Assembly (NCBI GenBank): GCA_030390025.1
Contig: CM059432.1
Location: 144,028,001 to 144,092,000 of the forward strand
Direction: 5' to 3'
DNA length: 64,000 bases
DNA from: Squalus acanthias
Taxonomy: Eukaryota
Shown: in pieces, positions 36,481 to 50,427 of the stretch
Position numbering within the stretch: position 1 is the stretch's first letter
Layout of the letters: each line of letters begins with the position of its first letter
Translations under genes and position numbers: made by a program
The notes under the pieces: generated by a model
Told to the model about the DNA's origin: nothing
What the model saw: the letters and a program-made list of their open reading frames with translations, nothing else
Database searches by the model: none

Positions 36481-37414
36481 GTACTGTGTCGAAACTCGGG
36501 AAAATACTGACTCGTTAAAATGAGGATGGAACGCCACGCGCCAGGAATGAAGCTGTTGCTACAGCTTTAGTTACAAAGAGCACAGCAGAGTGGAAAGAAT
36601 CCCGAATGTTACAATCTTGTCTGTGATTATTGTGGGGGAGACGGGCTGGAGCCCAGTCTGAGGCACGGGCCACGGAATTATTCAAGCTCTGATATCATCA
36701 GCTTGAGACGAGAACTGCTTTTGGGCAACGTTTTGTCATCTGGCCCTTGTGGAAGGTATAATGTACTTTTTGGCACATTAGCACTGTGGAGAATGTGGTA
36801 AAAAATGTGCTTTAAAGTAAGTTAATTGATTTGTCTTTATTTGCCAGCTATTTAACTGCCGGGCTGACTTTGGAGTGATTGATGACCTCCCTGACCTTGA
36901 TTAACCTTTCACTTGTTGTGTTTTGTACAAATATGTCACCCCACTACATCAATCTGCCAACAAGTTCTTTGGGTGGTGTTGTTACCACATGTTGGATCGG
37001 AGGTCGTTGTGTTTAGTACGGGAACAGCGTATTCCAGAACCAGTCACTCACACCCTCCGACTCCACCACGAGTCTTGTGGATCTGGCCCACAGTTTGTTT
37101 ATTCGCTTAAAATATTTACACAGGGTAGTCTGTTAAGACGTAAGCCATTGAAAACTGCTCGACACTGTCAACCCACTGCGAACAGATCCCCAATGCAGAA
37201 ACTGCATATTCCAGGTTCTGGAGAAAAAGGCAATTTGAGCAGATTTCCGCTGGGTTTTGAAGGGGAACAAAAACCGCATATTCCCCTCTGTCAAATCACC
37301 CAGCGCAGCACATTGAGGTTCACTCTGGCAGGAGTTGCCTTCTCCAGCAGGAAAGTTAAACGGGCATTGAAAGTTATTTGTAATGACCGAATGTCACTGA
37401 TTTAACAGAATGAT

Positions 37415-37825
37415 ACTGGGGCTTAGAGGGTTAAATTGTGAGGACAGGTTGCTTAAACGTGGCTTGTATTTCCTCGAGTTTAGAAGATTAAGTGGTGATT
37501 TTAATCGAGGTGTTTAAAATGTTAAAAGGATTCGATAGGGTAGATACATGAAACTATTTCCTCTGGTGGGGGGGAATCCAGAACGAAGGGACATAATCTT
37601 AAAATTAGAACTAAGCCGTTCAGGGGTGATGTCAGGAAGCACTTCTTCACACAAAGGGTAGTGAACATCTGGTACAATCTCCCCCAGAAAGGCTGTGGAT
37701 GCTGAGGGTCAATTGGAGCTTTCAAGACTGAGATGGATGGATTTTTGTTGGGTAAGAGTATCGAGGGATATGGAGCAAAAGCAGGTACTAATGGAGTGGA
37801 GATCCAGATCAGCCGTGATCTGCCA
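37415..37825 (+). mobile_element. CR1 3' fragment
   Basis: gagtttagaagattaagtggtgat...cacttcttcacacaaagggtagtgaacatctgg. Confidence 0.72.
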
Positions 37826-37949
37826 CCAATGTGTTAATTTGTCTCCACCCATTTTTGTATTTACTAAAATTCTTGTCCCCTCCGTACAGAAACTGGGAAA
37901 TGAGAGGATGTTGGCTGGATGGCATCTTACATCCAATATACTGCAGGTT

Positions 37950-38495
37950 TGAAGGGGCACTGGGAGGGGCCGGGGCTTTGGGGGCGGGGCACTGGGAGAG
38001 GGCGTTGGGTTGTTGGGCGTGCGGGTGTTGGGGGCGTGGGGAGGGGGTGCAGTGCAGGGGCACTGGGGGGTGGGGGACTTCTTCACTGGGGGGGCGGGGA
38101 GCTCTGGGGGTGCGGCGGACGGGTGAGAGGGGTGCTGGGGTTGGGGGCAACGGGGAGGGGGTACAGTGCGGGGGCACTGGGGGCGGGGAGCTCTGGGGTG
38201 CAGCGGACGGGTGAGAGGGGTGCTGGGGTTGAGGGTGCGGGGGGGGTACAGTGCGGGGGCACTGGGGGGCGGAGAGCTCTGGGGGTGCGGCGGGTGGGTG
38301 AGAGGGGTGCTGGGGTTGAGGGTGCGGGGAGGGGGTACAGTGCGGGGGCACTGGGGGGCGGAGAGCTCTGGGGGTGCGGCGGGCGGGTGAGAGGGGTGCT
38401 GGGATTGGGGGTGCGGGGAGGGGGTACAGTGCGGGGGCACTGGGGGGCGGGGAGCTCTGGGGGTGCGGCGGACGGGTGAGAGGGGTGCTGGGGTT
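37950..38495 (+). repeat. ~89-bp G-rich tandem repeat (~5 copies plus degenerate flank)
   Basis: gagctctgg recurs at about 38099, 38188, 38274, 38364 and 38452. Confidence 0.88.
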
Positions 38496-38637
38496 GTCTG
38501 TCTTGGTTGACGATACAAGTGACCAGATAGTGGTCGATTGTATTACCAAAACCCGTCAGCACAGACAGGCGGTTTCAGCTTTCTGCGTTGATCTCTCACT
38601 TACTCCATCCTTTACAAATCCCCTGACGCAGAATAAA

Positions 38638-39533
38638 GGGGGAAAATTTCGGTTGCTTTGTTCCTCCCATTATCGCCTTAAGAGGGCGCTAATGGGGCGC
38701 AAAGCAGCTAGCGCCCTGGGCACGGCGATGTTTGCGCTGGTGGCGAAATTGACCAGACATTTTGCGACGGCGCTAAACACTACCTGCCATGATCTCCCAC
38801 GCCTGCAGATTGTGACAGCAGTCGAGTGTGCAACGCCCCGGTAGTGGCCCGGACCGGATATTGAGTGGCGCCCCCTGCCTTACCTGCCTGCCGCTAGCAA
38901 CGACAGGTTGAGGGGAACGATTTTGCAGTCGGGAAGGGACTGGGGGAGTGCTATTAAAGGTGACCGCTTCCTGCCTTTTTTTGTCGGCGACATTTTTGCA
39001 GCACGCATTCTGAGAGAGAGAGAGAGACTTCTGGAGAGATTCAACGCTGTGTGAAGGAGTTTTGGGGACTGAGCAGCACTTTGCAGGTTCATTTTGATTT
39101 GACCTTCCTTGCATCGATTTAGAAGAGACTATGGGGGCTGCACTCTGAGCTCTTTCCCTGGGCCTCTCCATTGTTCTTTCCAGCAGATTTGATGTACAGG
39201 TCTCTCCAAGCCGAGATTCAAGGCTGCAATGAGCAGGGTGTGAATGGAGAGCAAGATCAACCCTCCCCTTTAAGAACTGGCCGGCGCCAGTGTGTCTGTG
39301 TTCCATTGCTGACTGACATCACATGAGCTTCACCAGCGCTCTGAGGTAGCGCCTCGCTCCTCGGCGTCAGCGCCTTAAGAGAGGTGTGTAGCGCCTGATT
39401 TAGCGCTCCAATCGCCTCCAGGGGCGATAGAGGCCAAGTTTGCAGTCGGAGGCGATAATTTGCGCCAGGTGCTAAACTTTGCGCCCGGCCCCATAATTGC
39501 GCCCCAAACGGGGCGATACCGAATTTCTCCCCC
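38638..39533. mobile_element. PIF/Harbinger-type MITE
   Basis: TIR gggggaaaatttcggt / accgaatttctccccc; 3-bp TSD AAA at 38635-38637 and 39534-39536; CpG-rich interior with repeated gcgcc motifs. Confidence 0.75.
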
Positions 39534-40601
39534 AAAGGATCTCAAGAGTTCATCGCCCGCTCTCAGATTCTAACTCCGTTGGTCTTCTTCATTCTGGCTC
39601 TTCTGACCCCTGGTTCCCCACAGCTTGCTGTCTGTAACCTTGAACGGTTCATTAAACACGGTATCCGTCAATGGCCAGAACTTTTGGCTGAGTCTCACAA
39701 TTAGTGTGTTTGTTTACCATGTGCCAGTTTTATCACAGCCCAGCTTGGAAGCTTGGCCAGAGTCCAGTACCAGTCGAGTTCGACAAATAAATATCCTCTC
39801 TTCTGCTGACGATGGCTCCTTGCCCCATTGCACCAACCAACAACCAACCCTCGTCATATCCTTCATGAAAATAGAGGGTCACTGTTGACGCAGTGCTGTC
39901 TGACCATTTCAAATAATCATCACCTTGGGCTTCTCGTCAGCGGAGCCTTTCTGGCCAAGGTCCACCGGAAAGTTGGCCTCTTCAGGATTTTCTGCTTTGC
40001 CCTTTGTCTTGGGATTGCTGCCGCTGAGCTCGGGAGCTGCTCCTCCATTCCTAGAGTCACCTTCATCACCTTCACTTTAAAGGCACTGGAGTAATTCCTC
40101 CCCTCTTTGGGCCACTTAAAGTTTTATTCGAATTCAGAACGAAACCCCACCAACTCGGCGACCCTGCACTGTGCGGGACGGCGTCGAGCTTTCTGAAGAT
40201 GTCTTCACTCTTTGCTACGGAGCGGACTTTATCCATTCTTTGGCTGTGGCAGATGTCAGGGGAACAGCTGTGTAATAAATGCAAACGTGCGTGCTTTATA
40301 CGCAAAAAATATCTGTGAGGCCTATTTTTTGGCTCCATGGTTTGGACTGAGTGTGCGCTCAGATAGAACACACACTGGGTTTCAGACCTGTTCCACCGTA
40401 CAAAATGGTGCACGTGCGCAAAAAGCTTGTCGCGTCACCCTGCGACTCTGCGCTCAGTTCAGAGGTCAGCGTGCCCGGCTCCCCGAGCTCCCCAAGCTCC
40501 CGACCGTTGATCTGGATGCTGGGAACGCTGCCAATCCAGGCCTGCTGAAATCCATGCCCCGACTCTCCAATCCAGGTTCCTGTCGAGCGAGATTCCGCAC
40601 C

Positions 40602-40862
40602 GTCAGCCGCAGCGGTTCAGTGGGCAGCACTCTCTCACCCCTGAGTCAGAAGGTCGTGGGTTCAAGTCCCACTCCAGAGACTTGAGCGCAAAAATCTCAG
40701 CTGACGCCCCAGTGCAGTGCTGAGGGAGTGCTGCACTGTCGGAGGTGCCGTCTTTCGGATGAGACGTTAAACCGAGGCCCCGTCTACTATCTAGGGTGGA
40801 TGTAAAAGGATCCCACGGCACTATTCGCAGTACAGCAGGGGGAGTTCTCCCCGGTGTCCTGG
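40602..40862 (+). mobile_element. DeuSINE 5' half
   Basis: Head and Deu domain as at 26654, followed by a short CR1 tail piece (40863-40905). Confidence 0.8.
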
Positions 40863-41794
40863 CGGAACAGGCTCGAGGGGCTGAATGGCCTCCTCCTGCT
40901 CCTGTCTTCCTTCCTCACTAATAGAAACCGCACGCCCTGCCTGATATTGTGCTTTTAAGTTTGAAAGGCTGAGAGTGCTGAGTGGGAAGGGTTTCATTGT
41001 CCCTCATTGTGGTGTGTCTCTTCAACACCCAGAACCTCCTGTGTCTTGTCAAAGGAACCCGAGTCATCTCGATTAAATGCCTGTCAGCCTGAATGAGGCT
41101 GTACAGAGAGCAATGACGGGAGAATCCGATTAGAGGCCCAGAACGAGCTGTACAGAACAATTAGACTGGCTCGTATTTTAAAGCACCAGGGTCCCTTTTC
41201 GATTATTCAGCCTGGGCTGTATTTTAAAACTAATAAAATCACATCTACACAACTTTCCTATTTACAGACATTAGCCCTGTCACAAAGTAAATTGTATCTG
41301 AGGGGAAATCTAATCATGCTGATGTATTTGTACAGTAAGTCAGAGCAAGTGAGCAGATACAGCAGGATATTCTACTCCTGTTGGTGAGGATGGGTTTGAA
41401 ACCCTTGAACGATTATAATATATTCAAGTGCGAGTTTTATAATGACTCATTTCTGGGAGATATGATTTCTGGATATTTGGGTCCTCAGCAATTTCATTTA
41501 TTATGGCTCTGAACACAAATGTGGGATTTTCCTAAATTTTCAAGGGTTGATAAACGTTTCATAACCGCACTAGCGGACCTCCCATGGCAGTGCTCCTGGT
41601 GAGCGCATTTCCCAGATTACAACAGTGACTACACTTCAAAAGCACTTCATTGGCTATAAAGCACTTTGGGACATCCTGAGGTCATGAAAGGCGCTATAGA
41701 AATGTAAGTTCTTGTTCTCTTTCTTCTTCCTCATTCCCGAAACAAAATTGGAAGTTTCTTCAGTGGAGAACAGCTCCTGTGCATTGCACACTTC

Positions 41795-42800
41795 TTTCCC
41801 CCTCCCCCTCTCCCCCTCCCCCCACCATCACCCCCTCCCCCTCTTCCTCCTTCCCCGCCATCTCCCCTTCCCCGCCCTCTCCCCCTTCCCCCGCCCTCTC
41901 CCCCTTCCCCCGCCCTCTCCCCCTTCCCCCGCCCTCTCCCTGCTTCCCCGCCATCTCCCCTTCCCCGCCCTCTCCCCCTTCCCCCGCCCTCTCCCCCTTC
42001 CCCCGCCCTCTCCCCTTCCCCGCCATCTCCCCTTCCCCGCTCTCTCCCCTTCCCCCGCCCTCTCCCCCTTCCCCCGCCCTCTCCCCATTCCCCGCCATCT
42101 CCCCTCCCCCCACCCTCTCCCTCCTTCCCCGCCATCTCCCCTCCCCCCACCCTCTCCCTCCTTCCCCGCCATCTCCCCTCCCCCACCCTCTCCCTCCTTC
42201 CCCGCCATCTCCCCTCCCCCCACCCTCTCCCTCCTTCCCCGCCATCTCCCCTCCCCCACCCTCTCCCCCTCCCCCACCCTCTCCCCCTCCCCCCCTCTCC
42301 CTCCTTCCCCGCCCTCTCCCCCTCCCCCCGCCCTCTCCCCCTCCCCCCCCCTCCCCCTCCCCCCGCTCTCTCCCCCTCCCCCCCTCCTCCTCCCCCACCA
42401 TCTCCCCTCCCCCCGCCCTCTCCCCCTCCCCCCCTCCCCCTCCCCCCACCATCTCCCCTCCCCCCGCCCTCTCCCCCTCCCCCCACCCTCTCCCCCTCCC
42501 CCCGTCATCTCCCCCTCCCCCGCCCTCTCTCCCCCTCCCCCCGGCCTCTCCCCCTCCCCCACCCTCTCCCCCTCCCCGCGCCCTCTCCCCCTCCCCGCGC
42601 CCTCTCCCCCTCCCCCCGCCCTCTCCCCCTCCCCCCACCCTCTCCCCCTCCCCCCACCATCTCCCCCTCCCCCCGCCCTCTCCCCCTCCCCCCACCCTCT
42701 CCCCCTCCCCCCACCATCTCCCCCTCCCCCTCCCTCTCTCCCCCTCCCCCCACCCTCTCCCCCTCCCCCCGCCCTCTCCCCCTCCCCCCACCCTCTCCCC
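41795..42800 (+). repeat. ~1-kb C-rich/polypyrimidine minisatellite
   Basis: Variants of ccccgccctctcccccttc and ccccaccctctccccctc (~18-20 bp). Confidence 0.92.
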
Positions 42801-43169
42801 TCAATCCTCAGCCAGATTGCACGGAGGCCCACAGTGCCCAGCATCACTGGTCTGCTAGCGGGGTAGATATCCCACGTCTGCAGGGTTGGCCAAGGCTCCG
42901 TGTTGATGGAGCAGGCTCGTGGAATGTCCCCTCAGTAAAAACTGACCCCATTCCAGTCGTTGTTGCTCCAGTTGTTTTACAGTAAGACTTTTGAAAAGTA
43001 GGGGTTTATTGCTGCCTCTCCAGAAACAGAAGGCCCTCGAAATCCTTTTGATGTTCCTGCAAAAAAAAGGGCACTTCACTCCTTGGACCCTCCATATCCC
43101 TGCTCCCTGACTCCCTCAGATCTTCAGGGCACACACCCAAGCCCCGAAACCCCTTTGCACCAACTCTAT

Positions 43170-46100
43170 TGCACACGCACTCCCCTCTCGCACACGCACT
43201 CCCCTCTCGCACGCGCACTCCCCTCTCGCACGCGCACTCCCCTCTCGCACGCGCACTTCCCTCTCGCACGCACTCCCCCTCGTGCACGCGCACTCCCCTC
43301 CTGCACGCGCACACCCCTCGTGCACGCGCACTCCCCTCTCTCACATACTCCCCTCTCGCACGCACTCTCCTCTCGCACATGCATTCCCCTCGAGCATGCG
43401 TACTCTCCTCTCGCATGTGCACTCCCCACTCTCATGAGCACTCCCCTCGAGCACGCGCGCTCCCCTCGTGCACACGCACTCCCCTCATGCACGCACATTC
43501 ACCTCGTGCACGCACATCCCCTCTCACACGCGCACTCCCCTCTCTCATGCGCACTGCCTTCTCGCACGTGCACTCCCCTCTCGCACGCGCACTCCCCTCT
43601 CGCACGCGCACTCCCCTCTCGCACGCATTCTCCTCGTGCATGCATACTCCCCTCTCGCACGTGCATTCCCCACTCTCACGCACACTCCCCTCTCACACGT
43701 ACTCCCCTTGTGCACGCATACTCCCCTCTCGCACGCGCACTCCCCTCTCGCACGCGCACTCTCCTCTCGCACGCGCACTCCCCTCTCACACGCGCACTCC
43801 CCTCTCGCACGCGCACTCCCCTCTCGCACGCACACTCCCCTCTCACACGCGCACTTCCCTCTCACACGCGCACTCCCCTCTCACACGCGCACTTCCCTCT
43901 CACACGCGCACTCTCCTCTCGCACGCGCACTCCCCTCTCCCCTCTCACACGCGCACTCCCCTCTCACACGCGCACTCCCCTCTCACACGCGCACTCTCCT
44001 CTCGCACGCGCACTCCCCTCTCACACGCGCACTCTCCTCTCGCACGCGCACTCCCCTCTCGCACGCGCACTCCCCTCTCCCCTCTCACACGCGCACTCCC
44101 CTCTCGCACGCGCACTCTCCTCTCGCACGCGCACTCCCCTCTCGCACGCGCACTCCCCTCTCGCACGCGCACTCCCCTCTCGCACGCGCACTCCCCTCTC
44201 CCCTCTCACACACGCACTCTCCTCTCGCACGCTCACTCCCATCTCGCACGCGCACTCTCCTCTCGCACGCTCACTCCCCTCTCGCACGTGCACTCTCCTC
44301 TCGCACGCTCACTCCCCTCTCGCACGCGCACTCCCCTCTCCCCTCTCTCACGCACACTCCCCTCTCACACGCGCACTCCCCTCGTGCACGCGCACTCCCC
44401 TCGTGCACGCACACTCCCCTCTCACACGCGCACTCCCCTCGTGCACGTGCACTCCCCTCGTGCACACGCACCCCCTCGTGCACACACACTCCCCTCGTGC
44501 ACGCGAATTCCCCTCTCGCATACGCACTTCCCTCTCACGCGTACTCCCCTCGTGCACGCGCACTCCCCTCATGCACACGCACTCCCCTCGTGCACGCGCA
44601 CTCCCCATTCGCACACGCACTTCACTCTCACGCGCACTCCCCTCGTGCATACGCACTCCCCTCGTGCACGCGCACTTCACTCTCACGCGCACTCCCCTCT
44701 CGCATACGCACTCCCATCTCACGCGCACTCCCCTCTCGCACGCGCACTCCCCTCTCGCACGCGCACTTCACTCTCACGCGCACTCCCCTCTCGCATACGC
44801 ACTCCCCTCTCACACGCACTTCCCTCTCACACGCGCACTTCCCTCTCACACGCGCACTTCCCTCTCACGCGCACTTCCCTCTCACACGCACACTCCCCTC
44901 TCACACGCGCACTTCCCTCTCACACGCGCACTTCCCTCTCACGCGCACTTCCCTCTCACACGCACACTCCCCTCTCACGCGCACTCCCCTCTCACACGCA
45001 CACTCCCCTCTCACACGCACACACCCCTCTCACACGCACTTCCCTCTCACGCACGCTCCCCTCTCACGCGCACTTCCCTCTCACACGCGCACTCCCCTCT
45101 CGCGCACTTCCCTCTCGCGCACTTCCCTCTCACGCGCACTTCCCTCTCACGCGCACTTCCCTCTCACACACGCACTTCCCTCTCACACGCGCACTCCCCT
45201 CTCGCGCACTTCCCTCTCGCGCACTTCCCTCTCACGCGCACTCCCCTCGTGCACGCGCACTCCCCTCGTGCACACGCACTCCCCTCATGCACGCGCACTC
45301 CCCTCTTGCACACGCACTTCACTCTCACGCGCACTCCCCTCGTGCACGCGCACTCCCCTCTCGCATACGCACTCCCCTCTCACACGCGCACTTACCTCTC
45401 ACACGCACTTCCTTCTCACACGCACACTCCCCTCTCACACGCGCACTTCCCTCTTACGCGCACTTCCCTCTCACGCGCACTTCCCTCTCACGCGCACACT
45501 CCCCTCTCACGCGCACTTCCCTCTCACGCGCACTTCACTCTCACACGCACACTTCCCTCTCACGCGCACTTCCCTCTCACACGCGCACTTCCCTCTCACA
45601 CGCACACTCCCCTCTCACACGCATTCCCCTCTCACGCGCACTTCCCTCTCACGCACACTCCCCTCTCACGCGCATTTCCCTCTCACGAGCAGTTCCCTCT
45701 CACACGCGCACTCCCCTCTCACACGCACATTCCCCTCTCACACGCACACTCCCCTCTCTCACGCACACTTCCCTCACATGCACACTTCCCTCTCACACGC
45801 ACACTTCCCTCTCACGCGCACTCCCCTCTCTCACGCACACTTCCCTCACACACACACTTCCCTCTCACACGCACTTCCCTCTCACACGCACACTTCCCTC
45901 TCACACGCACTTCCCTCTCACACGCACTCCCCTCTCACACGCACACTCCCCTCCCACACGCACACTCCCCTCTCTCACGCGCACTTCCCTCTCACGCGCA
46001 CCTCCCTCTCACACGCGCACTTCCCTCACACGCACACTTCCCTCTCACACGCACACTCCCCTCTCACACGCGCACTTCCCTCTCACACGCGCACTTCCCT

Positions 46101-49100
46101 CTCACACGCACACTCCCCTCTCACGCGCACTCCCCTCTCACACGCGCACTCCCCTCTCACACGCACACTCCCCTCTCACACGCACACTCCCCTCTCACAC
46201 GCACACTCCCCTCTCACACACGCACTTCCCTCTCACACACGCACTCCCCTCTCACACACGCACTCCCCTCTCACACGCGCACTCCCCTCTCACACGCGCA
46301 CTCCCCTCTCACGCGCACTCCCCTCTCACACACGCACTTCCCTCTCACACCTGCACTTCCCTCTCACACACGCACTTCCCTCTCACACCTGCACTTCCCT
46401 CTCACGCGCACTCCCCTCTCACACGCACTTCCCTCTCACACGCACTTCCCTCTCACACGCACACTCCCCTCTCACGCGCACTCCCCTCTCACACGCGCAC
46501 TCCCCTCTCACACGCACACTCCCCTCTCACACGCACACTCCCCTCTCACACGCACACTCCCCTCTCACACACGCACTTCCCTCTCACACACGCACTCCCC
46601 TCTCACACACGCACTCCCCTCTCACACGCGCACTCCCCTCTCACACGCGCACTCCCCTCTCACGCGCACTCCCCTCTCACACACGCACTTCCCTCTCACA
46701 CCTGCACTTCCCTCTCACACACGCACTTCCCTCTCACACCTGCACTTCCCTCTCACGCGCACTCCCCTCTCACACGCACTTCCCTCTCACGCGCACTCCC
46801 CTCTCACACGCACTTCCCTCTCACACGCACTCCCCTCTCACACGCGCACTCCCCTCTCACACGCGCACTCCCCTCTCACACGCGCACTCCCCTCTCACAC
46901 GCACACTCCCCTCTCACGCACGCACTCCCCTCTCACACGCACACTCCCCTCTCACACACGCACTCCCCTCTCACACGCACACTCCCCTCTCACACGCGCA
47001 CTTCACTCTCACACACGCACTCCCCTCTCACACGCGCACTCCCCTCTCACACGCGCACTTCACTCTCACACACGCACTTCCCTCACACACGCACTTCCCT
47101 CTCACACACGCACTCCCCTCTCACACACGCACTTCCCTCTCACACACGCACTCCCCTCTCACACGCGCACTCCCCTCTCACACACGCACTCCCCTCTCAC
47201 ACGCGCACTTCCCTCTCACACGCACTCCCCTCTCACACGCGCACTCCCCTCTCACGCGCACACTCCCCTCTCACACACGCACTTCCCTCTCACACACGCA
47301 CTCCCCTCTCACACGCACACTCCCCTCTCACACGCGCACTCCCCTCTTACACACGCACTTCCCTCTCACACACGCACTCCCTCTCACACACGCACTTCCC
47401 TCTCACACGCGCACTTCCCTCTCACACGCGCACTTCACTCTCACACACGCACTCCCCTCTCACACGCGCACTCCCCTCTCACGCGCGCACTTCCCTCTCA
47501 CACGCGCACTTCACTCTCACACACGCACTCCCCTCTCACACACGCACTCCCCTCTCACACGCACTTCCCTCTCACACACGCACTTCCCTCTCACACACGC
47601 ACTCCCCTCTCACACGCGCACTTCCCTCTCACACGCGCACTTCCCTCTCACGCGCACTCCCCTCTCACACACGCACTTCCCTCTCACACGCGCACTTCCC
47701 TCTCACACGCGCACTTCCCTCTCACGCGCACTTCCCTCTCACACGCACTCCTCTCTCACACGCGCACTCCCCTCTCACACGCGCACTTCCCTCTCACACG
47801 CACACTCCCCTCACACGCACACTTCCCTCTCACACGCACACTCCCCTCTCACACGCGCACTTCCCTCTCACACGCGCACTTCCCTCTCACACGCACACTC
47901 CCCTCTCACGCGCACTCCCCTCTCACACGCGCACTCCCCTCTCACACGCACACTCCCCTCTCACACGCACATACCCCTCTCACACGCGCACTCCCCTCTC
48001 ACGCGCACTCCCCTCTCACACACGCACTTCCCTCTCACACCTGCACTTCCCTCTCACACCTGCACTTCCCTCTCACACACGCACTTCCCTCTCACACCTG
48101 CACTTCCCTCTCACGCGCACTCCCCTCTCACACGCACTTCCCTCTCACACGCACTCCCCTCTCACACGCGCACTCCCCTCTCACACGCGCACTCCCCTCT
48201 CACACGCGCACTCCCCTCTCACACGCACACTCCCCTCTCACACACGCACTCCCCTCTCACACGCACACTCCCCTCTCACACACGCACTCCCCTCTCACAC
48301 GCACACTCCCCTCTCACACGCGCACTTCACTCTCACACACGCACTCCCCTCTCACACGCACACTCCCCTCTCACACGCGCACTTCACTCTCACACACGCA
48401 CTTCCCTCACACTCGCACTTCCCTCTCACACACGCACTCCCCTCTCACACACGCACTTCCCTCTCACACACGCACTCCCCTCTCACACGCGCACTCCCCT
48501 CTCACACACGCACTCCCCTCTCACACGCGCACTTCCCTCTCACACGCACTCCCCTCTCACACGCGCACTCCCCTCTCACGCGCACACTCCCCTCTCACAC
48601 ACGCACTTCCCTCTCACACACGCACTCCCCTCTCACACGCACACTCCCCTCTCACACGCGCACTCCCCTCTTACACACGCACTTCCCTCTCACACACGCA
48701 CTTCCCTCTCACACACGCACTTCCCTCTCTCACGCGCACTTCCCTCTCACACGCGCACTTCACTCTCACACACGCACTCCCCTCTCACACGCGCACTCCC
48801 CTCTCACGCGCGCACTTCCCTCTCACACGCGCACTTCACTCTCACACACGCACTCCCCTCTCACACACGCACTCCCCTCTCACACGCACTTCCCTCTCAC
48901 ACACGCACTTCCCTCTCACACACGCACTCCCCTCTCACACGCGCACTTCCCTCTCACACGCGCACTTCCCTCTCACGCGCACTCCCCTCTCACACACGCA
49001 CTTCCCTCTCACACGCGCACTTCCCTCTCACACGCGCACTTCCCTCTCACGCGCACTTCCCTCTCACACGCACTCCTCTCTCACACGCGCACTCCCCTCT

Positions 49101-49605
49101 CACACGCGCACTTCCCTCTCACACGCACACTCCCCTCACACGCACACTTCCCTCTCACACGCGCACTTCCCTCTCATGCGCACTTCCCTCTCACACGCGC
49201 ACTTCCCTCTCACGCGCACTTCCCTCTCACGTGCACTTCCCTCTCACGCGCACTTCCCTCTCACACGCACACTCCCCTCTCACGCGCACTTCCCTCTCAC
49301 ACGCGCACTTCCCTCTCACGCGCACTTCCCTCTCACGTGCACTTCCCTCTCACGCGCACTTCCCTCTCACACGCACACTCCCCTCTCACGCGCACTTCCC
49401 TCTCACACGCACACTCCCCTCTCACGCACACTCCCCTCTCACACGCACACTCCCCTCTCACACGCGCACTCCCCTCTCACACGCACACTCCCCTCTCACA
49501 CGCACACTCCCCTCTCTCACGCACACTCCCCTCTCACACACGCACTCCCCTCTCGCGTGCACACTGCCCTCTCACATCCCCTCCCACACTTTCCTCTCAC
49601 ACACT
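43170..49605 (+). repeat. ~6.4-kb minisatellite, 17-19-bp units
   Basis: Unit ctctca(ca)cRcgcactYcc, i.e. tcccctct plus an alternating cacacgcgcac tract; several hundred copies. Confidence 0.97.
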
Positions 49606-50427
49606 CCTTGAACAACTCCCCCCCCCCCCCATCGCCAGCTTCAAACAAGTGCTTAGTCTTTAGGATCCACACAGATTGAATCATCGAGCACTGCGACAAG
49701 TGAGCTTATGGGGCGGGCGGGTGGGGGAATGGAAAAAATAATATATGCCCTTAGAAATTTTAGAAAAGAGAGCCCCAAGCTCTTTTAAAATGTATATTTA
49801 TGTCCCAATTACAACTGTAAATGGGTCTCAGTAGATGGTGTGACGCTTATGGTTAATGTAAACTAATAAGGGCCTACACCTGCTCATTACTGGTTGTGCC
49901 TGACAGGAGCCTGGAGCCAGACTGAGAGACAGTGCAGGCTCAATGGACTGGAGCAGGTTTATTGGAGTTTGCTGGTGATAATGGGCGGGGGGAGGAATGA
50001 GTGGGGATGGGAGAGAGTGGCGAGCTTGCCCTTCTGTGTAACGTGGAGCGAATGGTCCCTCCAGTGAGTTCTAACTATGTGTGGCGGAGGAGCTACTCTC
50101 AGGAGGTCACGATTGGGATCAGCTGGGATCAGTGTTCAGTTTATCTGATTTATTTAAGGCAGGATTTTAATTCCTCATTATGTCACTGTAATTTAAAAAA
50201 ATCTCGCCATGAAAAGAGAAGGAGACAGACAGGCCTCTCTCTATTCACCATCCTTTTGTGATCCAGCATTGTAGCGTTTTCAGCAGACAATCTGCAGAAC
50301 CTTTTTGACCATGATTTGTGTTCAGAGTTTCAGGCACAGCTCCCGATATTCTCTGGGTTTCTCTCCCATAAGTGGAGAGAAAACATACCACACTGTCCCA
50401 GATAGTGGGCTAAATATTAATTTTTCA

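Noticed and set aside
37052..37217. Minus-strand exon with good splice signals
   Set aside because: Stop codons in all three frames; at most non-coding, and unsupported.
41712..42866. Pro-rich/Gly-rich ORFs
   Set aside because: Low-complexity C-rich tract.
43083..49679. 2000+ aa His/Ser/Pro/Thr-rich ORFs in all three plus frames
   Set aside because: They translate a minisatellite that lacks stop codons by composition; being open in all frames argues against coding.
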